Assembly: GCA_963663545.1 (NCBI GenBank)
Contig: OY760505.1
Span: 256,001 to 320,000, forward strand
Length of the DNA stretch: 64,000 bases
From: Candidatus Delongbacteria bacterium
GTDB taxonomy: Bacteria > CAIWAD01
Direction of reading: 5' to 3'
The translations under genes were made by a program, and so were the position numbers. Shown here piece by piece: positions 10,693 to 22,334 of the stretch. The stretch's first letter is position 1. Each line of letters opens with the position of its first letter. The notes below the pieces were generated by a model. It had not been told where the DNA came from. It did no database searches and saw nothing but the letters and a program-made list of their open reading frames with translations.

Positions 10693-12029
10693 TTCGCACC
10701 CCCTTCCAGCACCTTGCGCACAAGGGCCAGATAGCCTTCGTAGTCCTGCTGGTTCTGGACTTCGTTGACCGTTACCAGCAGGCCGCCATCGATGCCTTCC
10801 ACCGGCAGACCGACCAGAATGCCCGTTTCGCGACCGGCCGCCAGTAGCGCCTCGCGATCGGGTACGCTTACAACGAATTCGCGGAAGAATTCGCGGCCAG
10901 CACGATGCACGCTCACACCGGGCAGCGCTTCAAGCTGCTCCGCCAGCCAACTGGCGCGGGTGTAGAGCGCCTGCGCTTTGTCGCGCAGCCCTTCGGGTCC
11001 AAGGAGCGCCATGTGGATGGTGGCAAAAGTGCCCACCAGCGCTTGGTTGGTGCAGATGTTAGAGGTGGCCTTTTCGCGGCGAATGTGCTGCTCGCGGGTC
11101 TGGAACGTCAGTACGTAGCCAGTGTTGCCCGCGGCGTCTTCGGTGGCACCGATCAGACGACCGGGCATGAAGCGCGTGAACTCAGCCTTGGCGGTAAAGA
11201 AGCCAATGTAAGGGCCGCCGTACTGCAGAGGCTGACAGAGGCTCTGCCCCTCGGCCACTGCGATATCAGCGCCCAGCTCACCCGGCGAAGCAAAGAGGCC
11301 GATGGAGAGCGGGTCGAAAACGTGAACCAGCGCAGCACCCACACCGTGCGTCAGCTCGGCCACCGCAGCCACGTCTTCCATCAGACCGTGGCAATTGGGG
11401 CTCTGCACGACAACGCACGCGGTCTGCTCATTCAGCTCGGCCTTGAGCGCGTCGATGGAGAGCGCTTCGCCCAGCGGCAGACGCACCAGCTCGATGCCCT
11501 GATCCAGCAGATACGTATTGATGACCTGATTGGTGTGCGACCAAAGTTCGCCCGCCAGCACAACGCGCGTGCGCTTGCGTACCAGCACCGCCATGCGGAT
11601 GGCCTCGACCACGGCGGTGGAGCCATCGTACATGGAAGCATTGGCCACATCCATGCCCGTCAGTCCGGTGAGCATGGTCTGGAATTCAAAAATGGTCTGC
11701 AGCGTACCCTGGCTGACTTCGGCCTGATAGGGCGTGTACGCGGTGTAGTACTCGCTGCGCATGGCAACCGCCTTCACCGCTTCGGGAACCATGGTCACAT
11801 AGGCACCGCCCCCCAGATAGCAATTCTGCGGCAGGGGACAGCAGTTGCGCGCGGCCAGTTCCTGTACGTGGCGTACCAGGTCGGGCTCCGCCAAAGGCGC
11901 AGGCAAGGGCAATTCACCCTGAACCCGCAACTCACCGGGAATGTAGCTGAACAGCTCATCAAGGCTGTTCACACCGATGGCGGCCAGCATTTCGCGCCGG
12001 TCCGCATCGGTATTGCTGATATAGGGCAT
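10689..12029 (-). CDS. gcvPA: Glycine dehydrogenase (decarboxylating) subunit 1
   Basis: YTAYTPYQAEVSQGTLQ, ANASMYDG, REQHIRREKATSNICTNQ; start MPYISNT after GGAGG; ATGA overlap with gcvPB. Confidence 0.96.
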   Translation of the reverse strand: MPYISNTDADRREMLAAIGVNSLDELFSYIPGELRVQGELPLPAPLAEPDLVRHVQELAARNCCPLPQNCYLGGGAYVTMVPEAVKAVAMRSEYYTAYTPYQAEVSQGTLQTIFEFQTMLTGLTGMDVANASMYDGSTAVVEAIRMAVLVRKRTRVVLAGELWSHTNQVINTYLLDQGIELVRLPLGEALSIDALKAELNEQTACVVVQSPNCHGLMEDVAAVAELTHGVGAALVHVFDPLSIGLFASPGELGADIAVAEGQSLCQPLQYGGPYIGFFTAKAEFTRFMPGRLIGATEDAAGNTGYVLTFQTREQHIRREKATSNICTNQALVGTFATIHMALLGPEGLRDKAQALYTRASWLAEQLEALPGVSVHRAGREFFREFVVSVPDREALLAAGRETGILVGLPVEGIDGGLLVTVNEVQNQQDYEGYLALVRKVLEGGAK

Positions 12030-12085
12030 GACACCTCCATGGTCGGCATGGCCGACAACCCGCTCTTTGCAGGCGGGGGACAAAC

Positions 12086-12118
12086 AAGGACGGCGGAGCC
12101 CGTCAAGGGTCCGCCGTT
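12086..12118. terminator. Hairpin between gcvH and gcvPA
   Basis: acggcgga-gcccgtcaaggg-tccgccgt inverted repeat. Confidence 0.45.
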
Positions 12119-12143
12119 ACCAATTGAAAGCCGCCCGGGATCC

Positions 12144-12524
12144 TTAGATCTCGATGTGCTTCTCGTACTCGTCCGGACCCATCAGGTCTTCCAGCTCCTT
12201 GACATCGCGCAGCTTGATGCGATAGAGCCAGCCGCCGTGATAAGGATCGCCGTTGATGGCATCGGGAGTGTCGGCCAGCGCCTCGTTGACTTCGGTAATC
12301 TCGCCGCTGACGGGAGCGTAGATGTCGGCCATGGCCTTGACGGCCTCGATGGTGCCGATACTGTCGCCCTTCTCGAACTCTTCGCCTGCGCCGACGAGCT
12401 CGAGCATCACGATGTCGCCCAACTCACTCTGGGCAAAATCGGTGATACCAACAACGACCTCGTCGCCTTCAACCAGCACCCATTCGTGGTCGTCGGTGTA
12501 GAGCAGGTTGCCCGGTACGCTCAT
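12144..12524 (-). CDS. gcvH: Glycine cleavage system H protein
   Basis: YTDDHEWV, GITDFAQSELGDIV, lipoyl lysine in IEAVKA. Confidence 0.96.
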   Translation of the reverse strand: MSVPGNLLYTDDHEWVLVEGDEVVVGITDFAQSELGDIVMLELVGAGEEFEKGDSIGTIEAVKAMADIYAPVSGEITEVNEALADTPDAINGDPYHGGWLYRIKLRDVKELEDLMGPDEYEKHIEI

Positions 12525-12566
12525 GATCATCTCCGAATAATATTGGCGGATGCGATTCCGCTTGTC

Positions 12567-13910
12567 CTATGGTTTGTATTCATGCTGCTCCAAAAAGCGA
12601 ATGTCGTATTCGCCGGAGCGGAAGGTTTCGTTCTGCATCAGCCATTTGTGGAAGGGAACCGTGCTACGCACGCCCTCGACCACGTACTCCTCCAGCGCAC
12701 GGGCCATGCGAATGATCGCGCGCTGGCGATCCGGCGCGTGAACAATGAGCTTGCCCATCAGGCTGTCGTAGTGCGGAGGAATGGTGTAGCCCTGGTACAC
12801 GTGGCTGTCGACGCGCACACCGGGGCCGCCAGGCAGATTCAGCGCCTGGATGGTGCCCGCAAAGGGCATGAAGTTCTTTGCCGGATCCTCGGCGTTGATC
12901 CGGCACTCAATGGCGTGACCGTTCAGCTGGATCTGCTGTTGACTCAGGGCCAGCGGCTCACCCACGGCGCACAGGATCATCTGACGAATCAGATCGACGC
13001 CGGTCACCATCTCGGTCACCGGATGTTCCACCTGAATGCGCGTGTTCATTTCCATGAAATAGAACTCGCCGTCCTGCAGCAGAAACTCAACCGTACCCGC
13101 GCTGGAATAACCCACGGCGTGACCGGCGGCGACTGCGGCCGCACCCATACGTTCGCGCAATTCAGGTGATACAGCCGGGCTGGGACACTCCTCCACCAGC
13201 TTCTGATGTCGGCGTTGAACGGTGCAGTCGCGCTCGCCCAGGTGTAACACGTTGCCGTGGCGATCGGCGATGATCTGCAGCTCGACGTGGCGCGGCCGCT
13301 CGAGATACTTCTCGAGATAGAGCCCCGCGTTGCCGAAGCCTGCCTGTGCTTCCGCGCTGGCGGTCTTGAAGGCGTGCTCGACATCCGCCGCGCTACGAGC
13401 GACACGCATGCCGCGTCCGCCTCCACCGGCGGTGGCTTTCAAAATGACAGGATAGCCCACGTCCTCGGCCAGACGGCTGGCTTCCTCGGCGGACTCCAGC
13501 AGGCCCTCGCTTCCGGGCACCACCGGTACACCGGCAGCACGCATGGTGCGCTTGGCTTCGGCCTTGTCGCCCATGCGACGGATGGCTTCGGGCGTCGGTC
13601 CCACAAAGGTAAGTCCGTGCTCTTCGCACATTTCGGCAAAGGCCGCGTTCTCGGCGAGAAAGCCGTAACCCGGATGAAGGGAGTCGCAATCGTGAGTATC
13701 GGCGGCAGCCAGCAAGCTGCGCACGTTCAGATAGCTCTGCGCAGAAGGCGGCGGTCCGATACAGACAGCCTCGTCTGCGAAGCGCACGTGCAGGCTGTCG
13801 GCGTCGGCGGTGGAATACACAGCCACGCTCTCAATGCCCAGCTCCCGGCAGGCGCGCACCACCCGCAGGGCGATCTCTCCGCGGTTGGCAATCAGCATGC
13901 GTCGGAACAA
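12567..13910 (-). CDS. accC: Acetyl-CoA carboxylase biotin carboxylase
   Basis: [40 protein letters not shown]. Confidence 0.96.
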   Translation of the reverse strand: MFRRMLIANRGEIALRVVRACRELGIESVAVYSTADADSLHVRFADEAVCIGPPPSAQSYLNVRSLLAAADTHDCDSLHPGYGFLAENAAFAEMCEEHGLTFVGPTPEAIRRMGDKAEAKRTMRAAGVPVVPGSEGLLESAEEASRLAEDVGYPVILKATAGGGGRGMRVARSAADVEHAFKTASAEAQAGFGNAGLYLEKYLERPRHVELQIIADRHGNVLHLGERDCTVQRRHQKLVEECPSPAVSPELRERMGAAAVAAGHAVGYSSAGTVEFLLQDGEFYFMEMNTRIQVEHPVTEMVTGVDLIRQMILCAVGEPLALSQQQIQLNGHAIECRINAEDPAKNFMPFAGTIQALNLPGGPGVRVDSHVYQGYTIPPHYDSLMGKLIVHAPDRQRAIIRMARALEEYVVEGVRSTVPFHKWLMQNETFRSGEYDIRFLEQHEYKP

Positions 13911-13919
13911 GACGACCTC

Positions 13920-14393
13920 CTAGTGCGGATCGATACGGAACAGAATCTGATCGAACTGGACCGGGCTGGAATTGTCCACCAAAATCTCAGCGATGGTGCC
14001 GGAGATCTCAGCCTCGATCTCGTTCATGATCTTCATGGCTTCGATGATGCAAAGCGTCTGGCCCGCCTTGATGCTGTCGCCCACTTCAACGAAGGGCTTG
14101 GCGTCGGGGCTGGGGCTGCGATAGAAATTGCCCACCATCGGTGATTTGACATCCTCCAGTGTGCTGTCGACCACGGCCGGAGCGGCGGCTGCGACAACAG
14201 GCTGGGCGGGCGCTGCGGGCCCCGCACTCAGGGAAGCCGGCGCGGCAAACACGCTCTCGACCACCTGCGGCACGGCGACTCCGCGACTCTCCTTGCGGAT
14301 GCGGATCTGCAGTTCGCCTTCTTCGATCTCGAGGGAAGAAATGTTGGCTCCCTCTACGAGGCGCACCAGTTTGCGAATCTCATTGAAATCCAT
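13920..14393 (-). CDS. accB: Biotin carboxyl carrier protein
   Basis: Ala/Pro linker, SPMVGNFY, biotin motif EAMKIMNEI. Confidence 0.96.
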   Translation of the reverse strand: MDFNEIRKLVRLVEGANISSLEIEEGELQIRIRKESRGVAVPQVVESVFAAPASLSAGPAAPAQPVVAAAAPAVVDSTLEDVKSPMVGNFYRSPSPDAKPFVEVGDSIKAGQTLCIIEAMKIMNEIEAEISGTIAEILVDNSSPVQFDQILFRIDPH

Positions 14394-14426
14394 CGGCTGT
14401 CCTTTTTCTGCTCGCTCGAGTTGAGC

Positions 14427-14987
14427 TTACTTGACGCGCTCGACGTACTCACGCTTGCGGGTGTCCACCTTGATTACCTCGCCCTCTCCAATGAAGAAGG
14501 GGACCATCACCGTGCAGCCTGTCTCCAGCTTGGCCGGCTTCTTGCCGCCCTGCGCGGTGTCGCCCTTGTCGTTGGGCTCGGTCTCGACAATCTGCAGCAC
14601 GACGTGAATCGGCAGCTCGATGCCAAGCGCTTCGGTGCCATGGAATAGCACGTCCACTTCGGTGGTTTCCTTCATCAGATCGATGACCTCGTCCACCAGG
14701 TAATCGGGCAGAATCAACTGCTCGTAGGTCTCATTGTCCATAAAGGTGTAGCCGGTTGCGTCCCTGTACAGGTACTGCATCTGGCGACTCTCCAGGCGGA
14801 CGATTTCGATCTTTTCGCCTGAGCGGAAGGTGGGGTCCAGGACCTTTCCGGTACGCACGTTCTTGATCTTGGTGCGCACGAAGGCACCGCCCTTGCCGGG
14901 CTTGACGTGCTGGAATTCGATGATGCGAAAAAGGTCGTTGTCGATTTTGATGGTCAGTCCGTTTCGGAAATCTGCAGTCGATGCCAT
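14427..14987 (-). CDS. efp: Elongation factor P
   Basis: HVKPGKGGAFVR, KGDTA, KPAKLETG, VPFFI. Confidence 0.97.
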   Translation of the reverse strand: MASTADFRNGLTIKIDNDLFRIIEFQHVKPGKGGAFVRTKIKNVRTGKVLDPTFRSGEKIEIVRLESRQMQYLYRDATGYTFMDNETYEQLILPDYLVDEVIDLMKETTEVDVLFHGTEALGIELPIHVVLQIVETEPNDKGDTAQGGKKPAKLETGCTVMVPFFIGEGEVIKVDTRKREYVERVK

Positions 14988-15085
14988 AACGCGGGAGTTC
15001 TCCTGGTTCTTTTGCCAAGTCGCTTCCGGTGGGCCAAACAGGGGCAGTCAGCCGGGCGAATGCGGAATTTATTAATCGAGCCCTA

Positions 15086-17699
<2,614 letters not shown>

Positions 17700-17811
17700 G
17701 CTTCCTCCTTTGCGCTTTGAAGGAGAAGATAAATCATCCCACCCTTCTACATCGCGATCGGAATCGCCAGACAGCGCCGCTCAACAGGTTCTTACTCCCC
17801 CCCCCCACTCT

Positions 17812-17842
17812 TATCGCTACCGGTATCGGTATCGGGATCGAC
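17812..17842. repeat. (ATCGGT)n-type hexamer tract
   Basis: ttatcgctaccggtatcggtatcgggatcg; same family at about 21282, 29601, 29772, 49780 and 62729. Confidence 0.7.
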
Positions 17843-18008
17843 TCCAAGGGTGTCGGACCGTGATTCCAAGCTAGCGCAGCCTCAGACAGTGAAATCAGGA
17901 GTGGGATGTATCACAGCATGATCGTGATACACGACAAATGGGACGTGCAATGAAGAGCTGGAAAGTAGGTGCGGCGTGATTCCTGCACCCAGTCCAAATC
18001 TGTAATAC

Positions 18009-18038
18009 GAAAACGAGGCCCAAGCGGGCCTCGTTTCT
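18009..18038 (-). terminator. Intrinsic terminator
   Basis: aaacgaggccc-aagc-gggcctcgttt downstream of the 18070 gene. Confidence 0.7.
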
Positions 18039-18069
18039 TCTACACAGAAAAGGTGAATGAAAGTCAGGG

Positions 18070-18972
18070 CTAACGCACCAGCACCATCTTGCGGGTCTCC
18101 GTCAGCCGACCCGACTGCAGGCGGTAGAAATAGGTACCGCTGGGCAGGTTGGCCGCGTCGAAGGACACCGTGTGCTGCCCGCTCTCCATCAAACCGTTCG
18201 CCAGCGTGCTCACCAACGAACCATTCAGGTTGTAGACCTTCAGCTGAGTCATCTCGGTCTCGGGCAAGCTGAAGCTGATGGCGGTAGTGGGGTTGAAGGG
18301 GTTCGGATAGTTCTGGCTCAGGCCAAAGCTACCAGCGACCGGATCGGCGGAGGCTACTGGAGGTGCAGCAGGTAGGCCCTCGAGGGTGACGCTGTAGGCG
18401 ATCTCGTCGGGGAAATCGGTACCGTAGCCGAAGAGACCCAGCAGCAGCCAGTACTGACCGGCATTCAGGGTGATATCGTAGCTAACGATGCCGTCGATTG
18501 ACTCGTACTCAGAGCTCAAGTCGTAGCCCGGAACTGAACAGTCCAAAGTACCCACGCTGTTGCCATAAACGGTAGCGTAGAATGGGATCACGGTTTCCGT
18601 CTCGGCGTAGACGGTCAGCGTGGTGGTTTCGGTCAAAGTGATCTCGTACCAGTCCAGGTCGCGGAAGTTGTTGCCACTACTGGTAACGTAGGTGAACAAG
18701 GTGCCACAGATGTGGGCGTATGCCGGCTGTGCCATGTAAGGAATGGAGTTGCATGCGCCGTTTTGATCCGCGACTGGATCACTGTGCGGAGGCAGGTTTT
18801 CCAGGAAGGCGCCGTCGCAGCTCAGATCACGCGGTCCAGGAATGCAAGCCGCCGTCGGGGCGGGCGTGTAACCAGCCGGAGCCTGTACAGCGGAGGTTGA
18901 AGAAGCGAGGTTGGCGTTGGCGTTTAGTGAGAGGGCACAGGCCAGACAAGTGACGATGAGCATACGGTTCAT
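18070..18972 (-). CDS. Secreted protein with C-terminal T9SS/FlgD-Ig-type sorting domain
   Basis: Signal peptide MNRMLIVTCLACALSLNANA; DLDWY pre-peptidase-like motif; C-terminal FGLSQNYPNPFNPTT...SGTYFYRL...KMVLVR. Confidence 0.85.
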   Translation of the reverse strand: MNRMLIVTCLACALSLNANANLASSTSAVQAPAGYTPAPTAACIPGPRDLSCDGAFLENLPPHSDPVADQNGACNSIPYMAQPAYAHICGTLFTYVTSSGNNFRDLDWYEITLTETTTLTVYAETETVIPFYATVYGNSVGTLDCSVPGYDLSSEYESIDGIVSYDITLNAGQYWLLLGLFGYGTDFPDEIAYSVTLEGLPAAPPVASADPVAGSFGLSQNYPNPFNPTTAISFSLPETEMTQLKVYNLNGSLVSTLANGLMESGQHTVSFDAANLPSGTYFYRLQSGRLTETRKMVLVR

Positions 18973-19249
18973 TCTAAATCCTTCCTTCTCCCCCAGGGGC
19001 CGCCTGAGGTATGTTTGATGTTGCATTGCCAATTCGCCAGCCGCAGTGGCAAAGGGTGTGCCACGAATTTCAATCACCGGATATTACACTATTTAGGCCC
19101 ATTCTTTACTCGTGCCGAGTCGCAATTTTGCCCGATTTTGAACACTTCCAAGCATACTGACAGATTTCCTGTATAAAACCCCGCCGTTGGGCGGGGGCTC
19201 TGGAAGCTTAATTGATTGGCTAGTGGACCGATTCGCGTTGAGGGCGAGC

Positions 19250-20006
19250 TTATTTAAGTAGCATCACCTTCTGGATTGCACTTTCATGCGGCGTGCTCAC
19301 TTTGATCAAGTATAAACCGCTGGCAAGATCTGCGGCTGAGAAAGCGTACTGGTTCTCGCCGGCAGTGCACTCCTCGTCCAGCAGCAGCCGTACACGCTGT
19401 CCGCACAGATTAAAGACCTCAAGACGCGTGCGGGCCGATGCGGGCTGCGCCCAGCGCACAAGGGTCGTTGGATTGAAAGGATTAGGATAGTTGTCGTGTA
19501 ACACCAGCGACCCGGGTATCACGGCCTGTTCCTTCACTCCCGAGGAAGTCAGGCCCAGCGCGGTCGATAAATAGTCGACGGCGCTCTCCGGCGTGTACTA
19601 GTGCAGCGAGAGAGCCGTGATACGACACTCGAAGGGCTCGTCGACCCACACTCCGGCAACGCGGCCATTGTTGTCGTCGCTGGTCTGCCAGACGCAGGCC
19701 TCGTAGCCCTCTTGCAGATAGTCCTCAGCCATGGGAGCTAAAGCGATGACCAGTGAATCGGGATTCTGGGCAGCCACCAGCTCTTCGTCTATCACCAGAT
19801 TCGTTCCAGAGGGTGAGTGTGTCCCACCCGCGCGGATGCCTCTCAGAAGCTCCGTGAGGAGACCATACTCGGTGGGAGTCTCGTACACGAGCATTACCGG
19901 CTCCCCGGCTCCCAACTCCAAGTAGTCCATCCCAGGAATGCTGCCGGGCAAACACCCCTGTCCCGTCACCAGCACGCGTCCGCCAATGCGTGTGATGGGA
20001 TTGAGC
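19250..20006 (-). pseudogene. 5'-truncated secreted-protein gene with an in-frame TAG and a C-terminal sorting domain
   Basis: ORFs 19598..20014 and 19250..19537 are in the same frame and separated only by TAG at 19598-19600 (…RITALSLH*YTPESAVDYL…NYPNPFNP…KVMLLK). The 5' end abuts the tandem array. Confidence 0.75.
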
Positions 20007-20960
20007 TGCAGCACAGCTGGTCAGCAAGCGATTTCACTCAGCTTTCTGCAACCATCTCTTGCAGGCAACTGCAATAGCCTGTACATCGCGGCCTCTTCGC
20101 GAGCATGGCTCAATTGGTAGAGTGCCAGCTTCCCAGTTCCTCTGCTGCACGCGGACGCGTAGCGTCTGAGGTGCAGCATAGCTGGTCAGCAAGCGATTTC
20201 ACTCAGCTTTCTGCAACCATCTCTTGCAGGCAACTGCAATAGCCTGTACATCGCGGCCTCTTCGCGAGCATGGCTCAATTGGTAGAGTGCCAGCTTCCCA
20301 GTTCCTCTGCTGCACGCGGACGCGTAGCGTCTGAGGTGCAGCACAGCTGGTCAGCAAGCGATTTCACTCAGCTTTCTGCAACCATCTCTTGCAGGCAACT
20401 GCAATAGCCTGTACATCGCGGCCTCTTCGCGAGCATGGCTCAATTGGTAGAGTGCCAGCTTCCCAGTTCCTCTGCTGCACGCGGACGCGTAGCGTCTGAG
20501 GTGCAGCACAGCTGGTCAGCAAGCGATTTCACTCAGCTTTCTGCAACCATCTCTTGCAGGCAACTGCAATAGCCTGTACATTGTGACCCACTTGCGAGCG
20601 TAACTCAGTTGGTAGAGTGCCAGCTTCCCAGTTCCTCTGCTGCACGCGGACGCGTAGCGTCTGAGGTGCAGCACAGCTGGTCAGCAAGCGATTTCACCCG
20701 GCTTTCTGCAACTATCTCTTGCAGGCAACTGCAATAGCCTGTACATCGCGGCCTCTTCGCGAGCATGGCTCAATTGGTAGAGTGCCAGCTTCCCAGTTCC
20801 TCTGCTGCACGCGGACGCGTAGCGTCTGAGGTGCAGCACAGCTGGTCAGCAAGCGATTTCACTCAGCTTTCTGCAACCATCTCTTGCAGGCAACTGCAAT
20901 AGCCTGTACATTGTGACCCACTTGCGAGCGTAACTCAGTTGGTAGAGTGCCAGCTTCCCA
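20007..20960 (+). repeat. Tandem array with a 165-bp period, ~5.8 units: promoter + tRNA-Gly 5' half + 44-bp hairpin + AGCTGGTC
   Basis: tRNA 5' halves start at 20099, 20264, 20429, 20594 and 20759, and the full tRNA at 20924 (exact 165-bp spacing). Confidence 0.95.
20884..20912 (+). promoter_or_regulatory. Sigma70-type promoter of tRNA-Gly (repeated in every array unit)
   Basis: TTGCAG-N17-TACATT followed by a GC-rich discriminator, ~11 nt before the tRNA. Confidence 0.65.
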
Positions 20961-20996
20961 AGCTGGTCGTCGCGGGTTCGAGCCCCGTCGCTCGCT
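20924..20996 (+). tRNA. tRNA-Gly (anticodon CCC), CCA not encoded
   Basis: Acceptor stem GCGAGCG/CGCTCGC, D-arm, anticodon stem CCAGC-TTCCCAA-GCTGG, T-arm with GGTTCGAG. Confidence 0.96.
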
Positions 20997-21004
20997 GTTT
21001 GTCA

Positions 21005-21183
21005 GCTTCGCTGACAACTCGCCGAAGACACCCGAGGGCGTCTTCGCCACAAAAGCAGCTGCCGTTCTCCGCTACGCGGAGAACAAACTCATCAGGGAAC
21101 ATGCTTCGCTGACAACTCGCCGAAGACACCCGAGGGCGTCTTCGCCACAAAAGCAGCTGCCGTTCTCCGCTACGCGGAGAACA
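21005..21183. repeat. Two direct copies (81 bp, period 98) of a double-hairpin REP-like unit
   Basis: gcttcgctgacaactcgccgaagacacccgagggcgtcttcgcc...gttctccgctacgcggagaaca at 21005 and 21103. Confidence 0.9.
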
Positions 21184-21217
21184 GATCCATCGAAGTATGT
21201 GAACCGTGTCTGGGTTT

Positions 21218-21316
21218 GTGCCAGCTTCCCTGTTCCTCTGCTGCACGCGGACGCGCAGCGTCTGAGGTGCAGCACGGCTCTCCGATACCGATACCGATAC
21301 CGATACCGATATCGAT
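21218..21316. repeat. Solo copy of the anticodon-stem fragment + 44-bp hairpin, followed by (CCGATA)n
   Basis: gtgccagcttccc-tgttcctctgctgcacgcggacgcgcagcgtctgaggtgcagcac, then about five ccgata units. Confidence 0.85.
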
Positions 21317-21321
21317 GGGAG

Positions 21322-22320
21322 CTACTCCGCGCTGTGTTTTCTCAGGCTGCCGGCGACATCGCCTTTCCATTCTGCGCTCGTCTCAAGCGGACAGATCTCG
21401 GGAGGAGTTTCGTACCAGCGCTGCATGCCTTTGCGCCAATGACACCAGCTGGTTTCCGGGCCAAAATCGTGGGTGCTGAGCACGCAGGTTTCGCCCTGCG
21501 GGCTGAGGGCGTGTATCACGACTGATCCCAGAAAGCCCTCGCGCAGCCGGGCCATATCGGCCATCGCTTCGTGACAGGCCTCCTCCACACTCAGGCCGAA
21601 ACGCATGGCGGCCACCACTGCGCGCGCCGTGCCCGCTCGAATCGTCATCTCGCCGGTGTGGGTGCAGGCACAGGCTCCGTAGCGCTGATCGACGTAGAGG
21701 CCCGCGCCAATGACCGGCGAATCCCCCAGACGGCCAGGATACTTGTGCGCCCAACCGCTGGTGCTGGTGCCTCCTGCCAGCTGGCCTTGCTTGTTAATGC
21801 AGAGCAGAACCGTGGTGCCCTTGGCCATGTGCAGGCTCTCGCGCGGCCAGCAATAGGGCGCTAGCGGCTCACGACCAGAAAGCGCATTGCTCAGTCGTGC
21901 GCTCTGACGCTGTCGATGCCAGACTTCGCTTTCGTCGCTAAGCATCTCCGCTTCGGCAGCACCCACTTCACGGGCAAATCGTGCAGCACCTTCACCCACC
22001 AGCATCACGTGAGGCAATTTCTCCATGACACGGCGTGCTACACTGACCGCATGCAGGTAGCCGGAAAGCGCTCCCACACTGCCGCAGCAGCGTGTTACGC
22101 CATCCATGATGGCCGCATCGCACTCCACCACTCCTGCCAGATTGGGGTAACCGCCATAACCGACGGTACGCACAGCAGGATCGGCCTCCACGGGATGAAT
22201 GCCCGCCTCAACAACGTCCAAGGCGCTCTTGCCAGCCTCCAGGGCCAGTACAGCGGCATCCATGCCCACGCGTCCTTCGCCATTCATCAGTACCAGCACA
22301 ACAAGCTCCCTTGCCTGCAA
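21322..22320 (-). CDS. Isoaspartyl peptidase / glycosylasparaginase family Ntn-hydrolase
   Basis: TVGYGGYPN, ECDAAIMDG, GTT nucleophile site, TSTSGWAHKYPGRLGDSPVIGAG; start uncertain. Confidence 0.88.
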   Translation of the reverse strand: MQARELVVLVLMNGEGRVGMDAAVLALEAGKSALDVVEAGIHPVEADPAVRTVGYGGYPNLAGVVECDAAIMDGVTRCCGSVGALSGYLHAVSVARRVMEKLPHVMLVGEGAARFAREVGAAEAEMLSDESEVWHRQRQSARLSNALSGREPLAPYCWPRESLHMAKGTTVLLCINKQGQLAGGTSTSGWAHKYPGRLGDSPVIGAGLYVDQRYGACACTHTGEMTIRAGTARAVVAAMRFGLSVEEACHEAMADMARLREGFLGSVVIHALSPQGETCVLSTHDFGPETSWCHWRKGMQRWYETPPEICPLETSAEWKGDVAGSLRKHSAE

Positions 22321-22334
22321 GCGTCACTTATGTA

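Noticed and set aside
9148-14144. Long plus-strand ORFs (9148-10734, 10905-13169, 13257-14144) and similar antisense ORFs over the flagellar genes
   Set aside because: Shadow frames of GC-rich minus-strand genes that carry clear conserved motifs.
19598-19600. Programmed amber recoding (pyrrolysine or alternative genetic code)
   Set aside because: TAG serves as a normal stop elsewhere in the window (e.g. HIT, accB, flgC), no pyl genes are visible, and the gene is also 5'-truncated.
20099-20230. Intron-containing functional tRNA genes
   Set aside because: After AGCTGGTC there is no TTCRA T-loop and no acceptor 3' strand.
20007-20996. CRISPR array interpretation of the 165-bp repeats
   Set aside because: Units are near-identical along their length, with no unique spacers and no cas genes in the window.
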